This document shows positions 1 through 6,672 of a stretch of 64,000 nucleotides of DNA, one piece after another; within the stretch, counting starts at the first letter, position 1; every line of letters begins with the position of its first letter. Both the position numbers and the translations under genes were made by a program. Below the pieces are notes generated by a model. That model was given only the letters and a program-made list of their open reading frames with translations. It had not been told where the DNA came from and made no database searches. Source of the DNA: an uncultured Pseudomonadales bacterium (GTDB taxonomy: Bacteria; Patescibacteriota; Microgenomatia; UBA1400; CAYNMC01); NCBI GenBank assembly GCA_964398365.1, contig CAYNMC010000037.1, positions 7,812 through 71,811 on the forward strand, in the 5' to 3' direction.

Positions 1-393
1 GGGGACGCCGGTACCGCCAAATTGGATCGCTTCGGCTTTACGGGTAAAAAGAAAATAAACCAGACCGCCCAAACCTAAAGACCCTAAAGTTTTTAAAAAC
101 AATCTTCTATCTTTGTCAACTTTTTCCGGAAGATTTGCCGGAAAAGTCAATACTTTCTTTCTTAGTTTTTGTTTATCAGATACTAAGATATAGCAGAAAA
201 ATCCTCCGATAAGCAAAAATGGGAAGAAAAGGAGAAAAGCATGAAGTAGATCAAAAATAGAAATTGAGAGGATTAGGCCACTGCTAAAAAAGGCTAAAAG
301 GAAAGCAAAGAAGAAGAGGGTCAAAAAGAAGACGAGACGGGAGGCTTTATTTTGATTCTTGAAATTTGAATTCCCTGCTGTATGCCTGAACAT
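1..393 (-). CDS. membrane/secreted protein with the C-terminus beyond the window edge; contains a Tat-signal-like RRLFLK motif
   Basis: The minus-strand frame is open from ATG 393..391 (AAGGAG lies 13 nt upstream) to position 1. The translation is MFRHTAGNSNFKNQNKASRLVFFLTLFFFAFLL..., with two hydrophobic segments followed by DKDRRLFLKTLGSLGLGGLVYFLFTRKAEA. This ORF is not in the supplied track because it is truncated. An alternative TTG start at 150..148 would make the RR motif N-terminal. Confidence 0.5.
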   Translation of the reverse strand, partial: MFRHTAGNSNFKNQNKASRLVFFLTLFFFAFLLAFFSSGLILSISIFDLLHAFLLFFPFLLIGGFFCYILVSDKQKLRKKVLTFPANLPEKVDKDRRLFLKTLGSLGLGGLVYFLFTRKAEAIQFGGTGVP

Positions 394-426
394 AATTTTA
401 TTTAATCTCCTTAAGACTTTGGATTC

Positions 427-500
427 CAGATTTTTGACATTTTCAAGATGATATTTTTGATTTTCGAGGTTATTGACATCATGATTTTTATTTAGTATAG
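427..500. repeat. 74-bp direct repeat, copy 1
   Basis: Base-for-base identical to 1179..1252: cagatttttgacattttcaagatgatatttttgattttcgaggttattgacatcatgatttttatttagtatag. Confidence 0.95.
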
Positions 501-501
501 T
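473..501 (+). promoter_or_regulatory. sigma70-like promoter, TTGACA-17-TATAGT
   Basis: TTGACA at 473..478, a 17-nt spacer, and TATAGT at 496..501, all inside repeat copy 1. Confidence 0.5.
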
Positions 502-507
502 ATAAAG

Positions 508-550
508 TGTTTTACAGTACCGTCCCGATTTAATCGGGGCGGGTTTTTTT
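508..550 (+). ncRNA. candidate ~43-nt small RNA (promoter followed closely by a terminator)
   Basis: The predicted TSS is about 7 nt after the -10 box, and the terminator ends at 550. No ORF is present. This is purely structural inference. Confidence 0.25.
520..550 (+). terminator. intrinsic terminator (10-bp GC-rich stem plus T7)
   Basis: ccgtcccgat (520..529) pairs with atcggggcgg (533..542), with one G-T pair. A T-run follows at 544..550. The hairpin overlaps the stop codon of the convergent NYN ORF. Confidence 0.7.
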
Positions 551-1070
551 ATCTCTGGATTTTAGACTCCACATCTTCCAAAAAGAAATATTTGTTAGCT
601 GTTAACTTTAATTCCCAAGCAATTGTTTTCCTAGATGAGTAAACAATTACCTTTTTCTGAAACTGCTTTTGTAAAACTCTAATTAAGTGAACAAAATCAG
701 AATCACCGGAGAATAAGATTAAAACATCAAAATTATTTACTTCAAGAAGAATATCGATTGCCATCTCCACATCACAATTTGATTTATAGATAACTTTTTC
801 TTGCTTATCTTTGATTATTTTAAGGGGTTTTGTTACCGTTTTCATCCCCATTTCGCGCAAGCGAAGAAGGAACTTTTTAATTTTTTGGTCACTATCTTTG
901 ATGCCGGTATAGTAACGGGTTTCAATTACATCAAAGTTTGCCGAGATTAGCCGAAGTGTCTTTTTCCAACTGATATTCCACCCTAATTGCTTTTGAGTAT
1001 AAAAAATGTTAGCACCATCAATAAAAACTATTGCCTTTGGTTTTTGGTTTTTAGCTTTCGATTTTTCCAT
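549..1070 (-). CDS. NYN/LabA-like domain protein (predicted RNase fold)
   Basis: The 173-aa product reads KAIVFIDGANIFY...ILFSGDSDFVHLIRVL...VIVYSS, which is the typical NYN (DUF88/LabA) pattern. Confidence 0.7.
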   Translation of the reverse strand: MEKSKAKNQKPKAIVFIDGANIFYTQKQLGWNISWKKTLRLISANFDVIETRYYTGIKDSDQKIKKFLLRLREMGMKTVTKPLKIIKDKQEKVIYKSNCDVEMAIDILLEVNNFDVLILFSGDSDFVHLIRVLQKQFQKKVIVYSSRKTIAWELKLTANKYFFLEDVESKIQR

Positions 1071-1178
1071 GCTCTCTATTTTTTACCACACTTCAACTAT
1101 TTTTGTTTCCGACAGAACTATTCTAGAGACATAGTGGAGCCGGAAACTCGTTGTCTGTAGAGGCGAGAATTTGAATTA

Positions 1179-1252
1179 CAGATTTTTGACATTTTCAAGA
1201 TGATATTTTTGATTTTCGAGGTTATTGACATCATGATTTTTATTTAGTATAG
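1179..1252. repeat. 74-bp direct repeat, copy 2
   Basis: Identical to 427..500. Degenerate similarity continues for about 20 bp downstream (taaag..tgtt..acagta). Confidence 0.95.
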
Positions 1253-1253
1253 A
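1225..1253 (+). promoter_or_regulatory. sigma70-like promoter, TTGACA-17-TATAGA
   Basis: TTGACA at 1225..1230, a 17-nt spacer, and TATAGA at 1248..1253, all inside repeat copy 2. Confidence 0.45.
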
Positions 1254-1450
1254 GTTAAAGCGTGTTGCACAGTAGTACCAAGCACTCGGCTTTTTCTGCT
1301 TTTAAACGTTCTTCTCTAAGTCTTTGATAGCTTACGAAATTAGCCGTTATTAAATTTGTAGCAAAATCGCAGACTAAAAGCAATATAAAAAGCGATGAAA
1401 ATAAAAACAAAGGAGGTACTTTTTAATCAAAGTGCGGGATTTCCTGGCGG

Positions 1451-1521
1451 AGCGGGATACCGGAGTCGAACCGGCATCTCCACCTTGGAAGGGTGGCATA
1501 CTGCCATTGTACGAATCCCGC
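1451..1521 (-). tRNA. tRNA-Gly (anticodon TCC)
   Basis: Manual cloverleaf: acceptor GCGGGAT/ATCCCGC, anticodon loop CTTCCAA, T-loop TTCGACT. It lies 1 nt downstream of tRNA-Pro. Confidence 0.9.
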
Positions 1522-1522
1522 G

Positions 1523-1594
1523 TCGGGGAGACAGGAGTCGCACCTGCCGCCTCTCGGTCCCAAACCGAGCGTTCTACTGATGAACTACTCCCCG
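1523..1594 (-). tRNA. tRNA-Pro (anticodon TGG)
   Basis: Acceptor CGGGGAG/CTCCCCG, D-stem GTTC/GAAC, anticodon loop TTTGGGA. The T-loop TGCGACT is slightly atypical. Confidence 0.85.
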
Positions 1595-1606
1595 TCTTTC
1601 TTGAAG

Positions 1607-1692
1607 TGGGCAAGGAGGGAGTTGAACCCTCACTGGGTGTTACCCCAACGGGATTTTAAGTCCCGCGCGTCTGCCAATTCCGCCACTTGCCC
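1607..1692 (-). tRNA. tRNA-Leu (anticodon TAA)
   Basis: Acceptor GGGCAAG/CTTGCCC, anticodon loop CTTAAAA, a long variable arm and T-loop TTCAACT. Confidence 0.9.
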
Positions 1693-1719
1693 GTCTTTTA
1701 AAATTTTAGCAGATTTTTG

Positions 1720-1801
1720 TGCCCTGGGAGAGATTTGAACTCTCACGTCTTGCGACACACGCTCCTGAAGCGTGCCTGTCTGCCAGTTCCAGCACCAGGG
1801 C
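1720..1801 (-). tRNA. tRNA-Leu (anticodon CAG)
   Basis: Acceptor GCCCTGG/CCAGGGC, anticodon loop TTCAGGA, a long variable arm and T-loop TTCAAAT. A TATAGT box lies about 14 nt upstream. Confidence 0.9.
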
Positions 1802-1831
1802 TTTTCTCTTATTTTACTATAAATTAAACGT

Positions 1832-3190
1832 TTAATGGTAGTTTTGAAGTTTTTGGGGAATGATCGTTCGCAGTTTATTTAGACTGCCAAGGTTAGGAGC
1901 AAAATAAAAAAGTGACAGGATTTTGACTTCAAGCATATCTGGATTGGCAAAAATCACCCCGCTTTTGGTTTTTGGCGAATAAAGGTAATCTTTTAAACCT
2001 GATTTGAGATTCGGATAAGTAAACTTTTTGTTTTTGGGCAAGTTTATATCCTCGCTTAAAACAAAAAAGGAACGCAGATAATTTTTACCCAGAAGATTTT
2101 GAGCAGTTTCATGAACGTGAGTGCCGCCGGTACGGCGCAGATTTGTTTCCACCGCATAAACTTGACCGTTTTTAGCGATCACCAAATCCATATCAAAAAA
2201 CCCACGATAGCCTAAATTTGCCAATGCCTCACCGTAAAAAATACCGGCTTTTAAGGCGATTTTAATCAGGGGATGTTGGTTTAATTGGGGGTAAATAAAA
2301 CACCCCTTAAAAGTTTTGCGGTCTTTTTCCAAAAGTTGTTCACAGGCATAAGTTGGCTGCACAGTTTTTTCTTGGCTAATAAAAAACTCCACGCTCGGCG
2401 AGCCGCCCAAAATTTTTTCATTTTGCTCAATAAATTCCTCAACCACCAGCGGCGTTGTTTGCCAAAATTTATCTGTCAGTTGAGTTTTTAAATAATTGAA
2501 AAAAGCTGTTTTATTTTTCGGAACTTGACTGAGAAAAATCATCTTTACGCCCGTACCCTGAGTTCCCCAATTGTGTTTAATCACAAATGATTTGCCATGT
2601 TGCCTAAACCACCAACCGGCGGCCAAAGCCTCTTTTTGATCGCCAACAATAAAACCTTCGGGAATTTTAATTTTTAGCTGATGACCGGCCAGTGCCTGCG
2701 GCCATAAATGCCTGAAACCTCTTTTTGAGTTGTAATAGAGGTTGAGAAAAGTTTCTTGTGGTGCCACCGTTTCCGGCGTGGTAAAAGTTAACCCCTTTTT
2801 TCTTAGACTTTTTACCAACTGATAGAATTCTTCGGTGCTCCGATAAGGAATCAGAGCAATTTTGGGGTTATCTTTAAGGAGTTTAAGAAATTGCTGGTTT
2901 TTAGCCAGGTCGCGACAAAGAGACCAGGACGGCGATTGAGGAAAAAGGTTAAAAACGTTTCGCCATTTCATCAATTGGCAAATTTCCTTTTGATGTGTCT
3001 CTAAAATTGGCCATGAGGTGGCCACCACTTTATCATCAGCGTCATAAAACAAGGTCCGATTAGCCTCAAGCCAGTCGTGCTTAAGCCAATAATCTTTCTG
3101 TCTTTGAGGCATTTTTTCATAAACCTGATAATAAGTTTCCAAAATATTACCGATGAAGACTGCTTTAATTTTCCCCATTTTCATGACCAT
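1832..3190 (-). CDS. ATP-grasp family ligase (possibly PGM1-like peptide ligase)
   Basis: ATP-grasp style motifs: FVIKHNWGTQGTGVKM, VVEEFIEQ and GFFDMDLVIAKNGQVYAVETNLRRTGGTH. The start is ambiguous (ATG at 3223, 3190, 3184 or 3178) and overlaps the end of the upstream gene. Confidence 0.55.
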   Translation of the reverse strand: MVMKMGKIKAVFIGNILETYYQVYEKMPQRQKDYWLKHDWLEANRTLFYDADDKVVATSWPILETHQKEICQLMKWRNVFNLFPQSPSWSLCRDLAKNQQFLKLLKDNPKIALIPYRSTEEFYQLVKSLRKKGLTFTTPETVAPQETFLNLYYNSKRGFRHLWPQALAGHQLKIKIPEGFIVGDQKEALAAGWWFRQHGKSFVIKHNWGTQGTGVKMIFLSQVPKNKTAFFNYLKTQLTDKFWQTTPLVVEEFIEQNEKILGGSPSVEFFISQEKTVQPTYACEQLLEKDRKTFKGCFIYPQLNQHPLIKIALKAGIFYGEALANLGYRGFFDMDLVIAKNGQVYAVETNLRRTGGTHVHETAQNLLGKNYLRSFFVLSEDINLPKNKKFTYPNLKSGLKDYLYSPKTKSGVIFANPDMLEVKILSLFYFAPNLGSLNKLRTIIPQKLQNYH

Positions 3191-4241
3191 TGGTAACTGG
3201 AAGGAGTTTTTTGCCGGCGGCATCCCTCACGGTGTTTAAAAGTAGGCGTTTAAGAATATCAAGAAAAGAAAGACCATAAAGATCTAAAATGTAAGCCAAA
3301 GCGCAATCAGTTTCTTTGGGTCCAAAAGCAGGATTCATATTGCAATCCAAAAAAAAGTAACGCCCTGAAGAATCCAAGCGGACGTCAAACTTTGCGTAGT
3401 CAGCCATTTTGGTAATTTCAAATGCCCGCTTAACGTATTCATTCAAAAGCGGATCGCGATATTTTTGGTAGTGAAAAACTTCGTTTGCCCTTTTTAACCA
3501 CTGATCTTCAAAAGTTGAAAAAATATACTTCTCGCCGCTTTTATGAAAAACTTTTTCAGCCAAATAAACCTTTTTATTCAAGCCCTCCAAAAGAATCGCC
3601 GTAATTTCCCGTCCAACAATAAATTCTTCCACAATAACCGGTTGTTCATAAGTTTTAATCAAAAAATTTAAGCGTTGCCGCAGATGTTTTTCACTTTCCG
3701 AAACCGCATTTTGGGTAATCTCCACCGCGCCATGGATTTCATTAAGTTTGGAAATTAAGGGAAATCTTAAGGTAGGATCCAAGGGATCGTTTGGATTATT
3801 GAACATTTGATAATTGGGAACAGGCACGCCATTTTGTTGCAAGAGTTTTTTGATGAGAAATTTATTGGTGTCCAAAGCTTTGCCCAAAATACCCGCACCG
3901 GTATAAGGAATTTCCAAAAGTTCCAAAGTGGCAGGAATGGTTGCCGAAAGATATTCATTACCTTTTACCGAGTCAACTAAATTTAAAACCACTTCCGGAC
4001 GATCTTGACGCAGTTCTTGAGTTAAGCGGGCATTACCTGGATAAAGTTTGGTTTTAACACCTAATTTTTCTAAATAGTGGCTAATGATCATTGCGTCACG
4101 ATCGGCATCTTTTTCGGTAAGATATTGGGCTTCGGTGGGAAAATATTCGCGTTTAACTTCACTGTAAATAATGCCTGCCTTTTTAGGCAAATTGAATTCA
4201 TTCTTCCTTGGAGGAGGTTTTTCGTTTTTGTCTTCTTCCAT
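3165..4241 (-). CDS. D-alanine--D-alanine ligase-like ATP-grasp protein (non-canonical Ddl family)
   Basis: 358 aa with LNLVDSVKGNEYL...IPYTGAG...DTNKFLIKKLLQQNGVPVP...VIVEEFIVGREIT...DVRLDSSGRYFFLDCNMNP. Confidence 0.6.
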   Translation of the reverse strand: MEEDKNEKPPPRKNEFNLPKKAGIIYSEVKREYFPTEAQYLTEKDADRDAMIISHYLEKLGVKTKLYPGNARLTQELRQDRPEVVLNLVDSVKGNEYLSATIPATLELLEIPYTGAGILGKALDTNKFLIKKLLQQNGVPVPNYQMFNNPNDPLDPTLRFPLISKLNEIHGAVEITQNAVSESEKHLRQRLNFLIKTYEQPVIVEEFIVGREITAILLEGLNKKVYLAEKVFHKSGEKYIFSTFEDQWLKRANEVFHYQKYRDPLLNEYVKRAFEITKMADYAKFDVRLDSSGRYFFLDCNMNPAFGPKETDCALAYILDLYGLSFLDILKRLLLNTVRDAAGKKLLPVTNGHENGEN

Positions 4242-4251
4242 TTTTATTTTA

Positions 4252-4280
4252 CATTATTAATAATTTTTGTTAATTGTCAA
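4252..4280 (-). promoter_or_regulatory. promoter TTGACA-17-ATAATG, placed 10 nt before the ATG at 4241
   Basis: On the minus strand, TTGACA is at 4280..4275 and ATAATG at 4257..4252. This implies a leader of about 3 nt. Confidence 0.4.
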
Positions 4281-4304
4281 CTACAAAAACCAAGCATTTA
4301 GGTT

Positions 4305-4310
4305 TATAAT
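4305..4310 (+). promoter_or_regulatory. -10 box TATAAT, 6 nt upstream of the ATG at 4317 (leaderless geometry)
   Basis: The sequence reads tttTATAATaaactgATG, with no Shine-Dalgarno sequence. Confidence 0.4.
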
Positions 4311-4316
4311 AAACTG

Positions 4317-5159
4317 ATGATTTGGTTTTTAAACGGCCGTTATCTTCCCGCCCAAAAAGCGAAAATTCCCATAAACGATCTTGCCGTTTTACGGGGTTTT
4401 GGAGTTTTTGATTTTTTGGTAACCTATAATTACCAACCCTTTTTGCTAACTGAGCATTTAAGGCGTTTATATCGTTCTGCTCGTTTGCTTCAACTAAAAA
4501 TTCCCTACTCGCAAAACCAGCTGAAGAATTTTATTGCCCAAGCTATCAAAAAAAATCATTGGCCAAGCTTGACTTTGCGGATTGTGGTTACCGGTGGTAT
4601 TTCCCAAAGCAACATCTTTCCTGAAGGCAAAACGAGTGTGGCGGTGCTGGCAGAAAAGCGGATTCCCTACCCCAAAACATGTTATAAAAAGGGGGTTAAG
4701 ATCAAAACTTATGAATATCAGCGTTTTTTGCCCGAAGCCAAACACCTTGATTATCTTGCGGCGGTGGTGACCAAAAGCAAGGCTGTCAAAAAAGGATTTT
4801 TAGAAGTTCTCTATACTTGGCAGGGGAAAATTTTAGAGTGTACCACTTCAAATTTCTATCTGGTTAAAAATAAGGTTCTCGTAACTCCTCAGACTGATAT
4901 TCTTCAGGGGATTACCAAAAAAGTGATTTTGAGTTTGGCAAAAAAGATGATGAAAGTTGAGGAACGACCGGTTTTGGTGAACGAATTAAAAACGGCAGAC
5001 GAGGCATTAATCTCCGCTTCAGATAAAGAAATTATGCCCGTGGTTCAGATTAATAATTTAAAAGTAAATGGGGGGAAACCGGGGCCTTATACGCGAAAGC
5101 TGATGGCAGCCTTTCATGTTTATACTCAAAACTTTAGTCAAAGAGTGTCCCCGGAGTGA
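4317..5159 (+). CDS. class IV (branched-chain / D-amino-acid) aminotransferase
   Basis: 280 aa with NDLAVLRGFGVFDF...EHLRRLYRSA and a fold-type IV PLP pattern. The last 14 nt overlap tRNA-Arg on the opposite strand. Confidence 0.75.
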   Translation: MIWFLNGRYLPAQKAKIPINDLAVLRGFGVFDFLVTYNYQPFLLTEHLRRLYRSARLLQLKIPYSQNQLKNFIAQAIKKNHWPSLTLRIVVTGGISQSNIFPEGKTSVAVLAEKRIPYPKTCYKKGVKIKTYEYQRFLPEAKHLDYLAAVVTKSKAVKKGFLEVLYTWQGKILECTTSNFYLVKNKVLVTPQTDILQGITKKVILSLAKKMMKVEERPVLVNELKTADEALISASDKEIMPVVQINNLKVNGGKPGPYTRKLMAAFHVYTQNFSQRVSPE

Positions 5160-5219
5160 TTTGAACACTCGACCTACTGCTTAGAAGGCAGTCGCTCTAT
5201 CCAACTGAGCTACGGGGAC
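5146..5219 (-). tRNA. tRNA-Arg (anticodon TCT)
   Basis: Acceptor GTCCCCG/CGGGGAC, anticodon loop CTTCTAA and T-loop TTCAAAT. Confidence 0.9.
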
Positions 5220-5237
5220 AAAATTGGCTTCAAAATT

Positions 5238-5246
5238 ATTATACCA
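5238..5246 (-). promoter_or_regulatory. extended -10 box TGGTATAAT upstream of tRNA-Arg(TCT)
   Basis: The minus strand reads ggaagTGGTATAATaattttgaagccaatttt and then the tRNA 5' end. Confidence 0.45.
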
Positions 5247-5251
5247 CTTCC

Positions 5252-6643
5252 TCAGGCTAAAATTGAACGGTTTTGTTTTTTGAAAAAGGCCAATTCTTCA
5301 CTAAAGATTTTAAGCAAGGGTTGCTTTAATTCGTAAGTTAAAGTCTGTGGCGGATGAACACTAAAAAAATTTTCCAGCAGTTCCTGTTTTCTTTTTTGAG
5401 CCTCTTTTAAATAACGACGCTCGAATTCTTTCATGAGACTGCCTTTAACTCCCCTTTTATAAGCCAAGTAAAAAGCTAAAAGTTGTTCGTCGCGGCCGAC
5501 GCCTGAAGCATCATAACTACCACTTTCGTCGGTTTTTGCTCCAAATAAACTAAAAAGCTCTTTTTTTCTTTGCTGAAGCATATTTTGGGTAAAACCGACG
5601 CGACGCGGATCAATGCCTAAAGCCTTCATAAAAATATAGATGCGGGCACACTTAGAACAAACCGCACACCAACGCCGGGTCTTTGAGGGAACTTCATCAA
5701 AAAAACAGGAAGCTTGATATTTGCCGATATGAGGATAACGGTGATGAAGAATCTGCATAATGGCAATTTCATGCAAGGGTTCTACCAAGGAGGCAAAAAT
5801 ACTGTTACAACCCAAAACTTTCATGGCAGCGTTAGTGCTTAACAACCACTGATGATTTTGTTCAAAAACAGGATTAATAAAATAACCTTCTTTATTGGTA
5901 AAAATTTGGTTGCAGCTTTGTTCATGGGACCAAAAAAGGTATTTGGCGCGATGGGCAAAAAGATAAGGTATTAAAAGCAAGGTATATTGAGTAAGTAAAA
6001 GATCCCAACCCCACCAAGGACCGCTTTCATCAGTTTCGCGAAGCCAACCGCTATTAACAGGAAAAAAAGTCACCTCTTCTTTAAAATTCCTAAAAAAACG
6101 TTCGCTTAAAATTTTTTTATAGCGATTTTCATATGGTGAGCGCGGTTCTCTAAAAAAAATGAGTATCGGTTTAATCCCAAGTTCAAGACTTAAAGCAAAG
6201 GAAAGAAGGCTGTCTTTACCAAAAGTGAAGGGAATTAAACTTTTACGATGGTTGTGATGGTTAATGTTTTTAAAGTGTTCATAACGCGGCCGACGCGTGA
6301 AGCTGATACCCTGATTGGCATTAAAAAAGAGCTGAAGATATTTGGTTGCTGAACCATCAAAAATTGCATCTTCGACTAAACTATAAAGTGTACCCTTAAA
6401 AAGCAAGGGTTCCAAAATCGGCGGCGGAAAATGATAAACCAGTTTTTGATATTGAAAATCTTTGAAAGAAAGATGAAGAGTAAAGCTATAAGTGACGGCA
6501 TCAGCAAAAGTTTGATGGTAAACAACAGGAAACCTTTTCCAAACTTTCACAGGATAATTAATTTCATACCTTCTTTTGTTAAAAGCGATGATCAACCCCT
6601 GAGGTGAAAGATAACGGCGGATATGCAAAACATGATTTTTCAT
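5252..6643 (-). CDS. uncharacterised protein with a degenerate PP-loop (FTFGKDS) and a CxxCxKC motif
   Basis: 463 aa. SLIPFTFGKDSLLSFALSLELG resembles the SGGxDS ATP-pyrophosphatase loop, and RRWCAVCSKCARIY is a Cys cluster. The gene lies 29 nt downstream of elp3 on the same strand. Confidence 0.4.
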   Translation of the reverse strand: MKNHVLHIRRYLSPQGLIIAFNKRRYEINYPVKVWKRFPVVYHQTFADAVTYSFTLHLSFKDFQYQKLVYHFPPPILEPLLFKGTLYSLVEDAIFDGSATKYLQLFFNANQGISFTRRPRYEHFKNINHHNHRKSLIPFTFGKDSLLSFALSLELGIKPILIFFREPRSPYENRYKKILSERFFRNFKEEVTFFPVNSGWLRETDESGPWWGWDLLLTQYTLLLIPYLFAHRAKYLFWSHEQSCNQIFTNKEGYFINPVFEQNHQWLLSTNAAMKVLGCNSIFASLVEPLHEIAIMQILHHRYPHIGKYQASCFFDEVPSKTRRWCAVCSKCARIYIFMKALGIDPRRVGFTQNMLQQRKKELFSLFGAKTDESGSYDASGVGRDEQLLAFYLAYKRGVKGSLMKEFERRYLKEAQKRKQELLENFFSVHPPQTLTYELKQPLLKIFSEELAFFKKQNRSILA

Positions 6644-6672
6644 TTTAGTTTTTAATCTTGAAATAATTTTTA

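Noticed and set aside
1374-1738. Four track ORFs (1374..1613 minus, 1395..1580, 1432..1659 and 1493..1738 plus).
   Set aside because: They lie entirely over the tRNA-Gly/Pro/Leu/Leu array. Their GC-rich, Arg/Pro/Gly-rich translations are artefacts of tRNA sequence.
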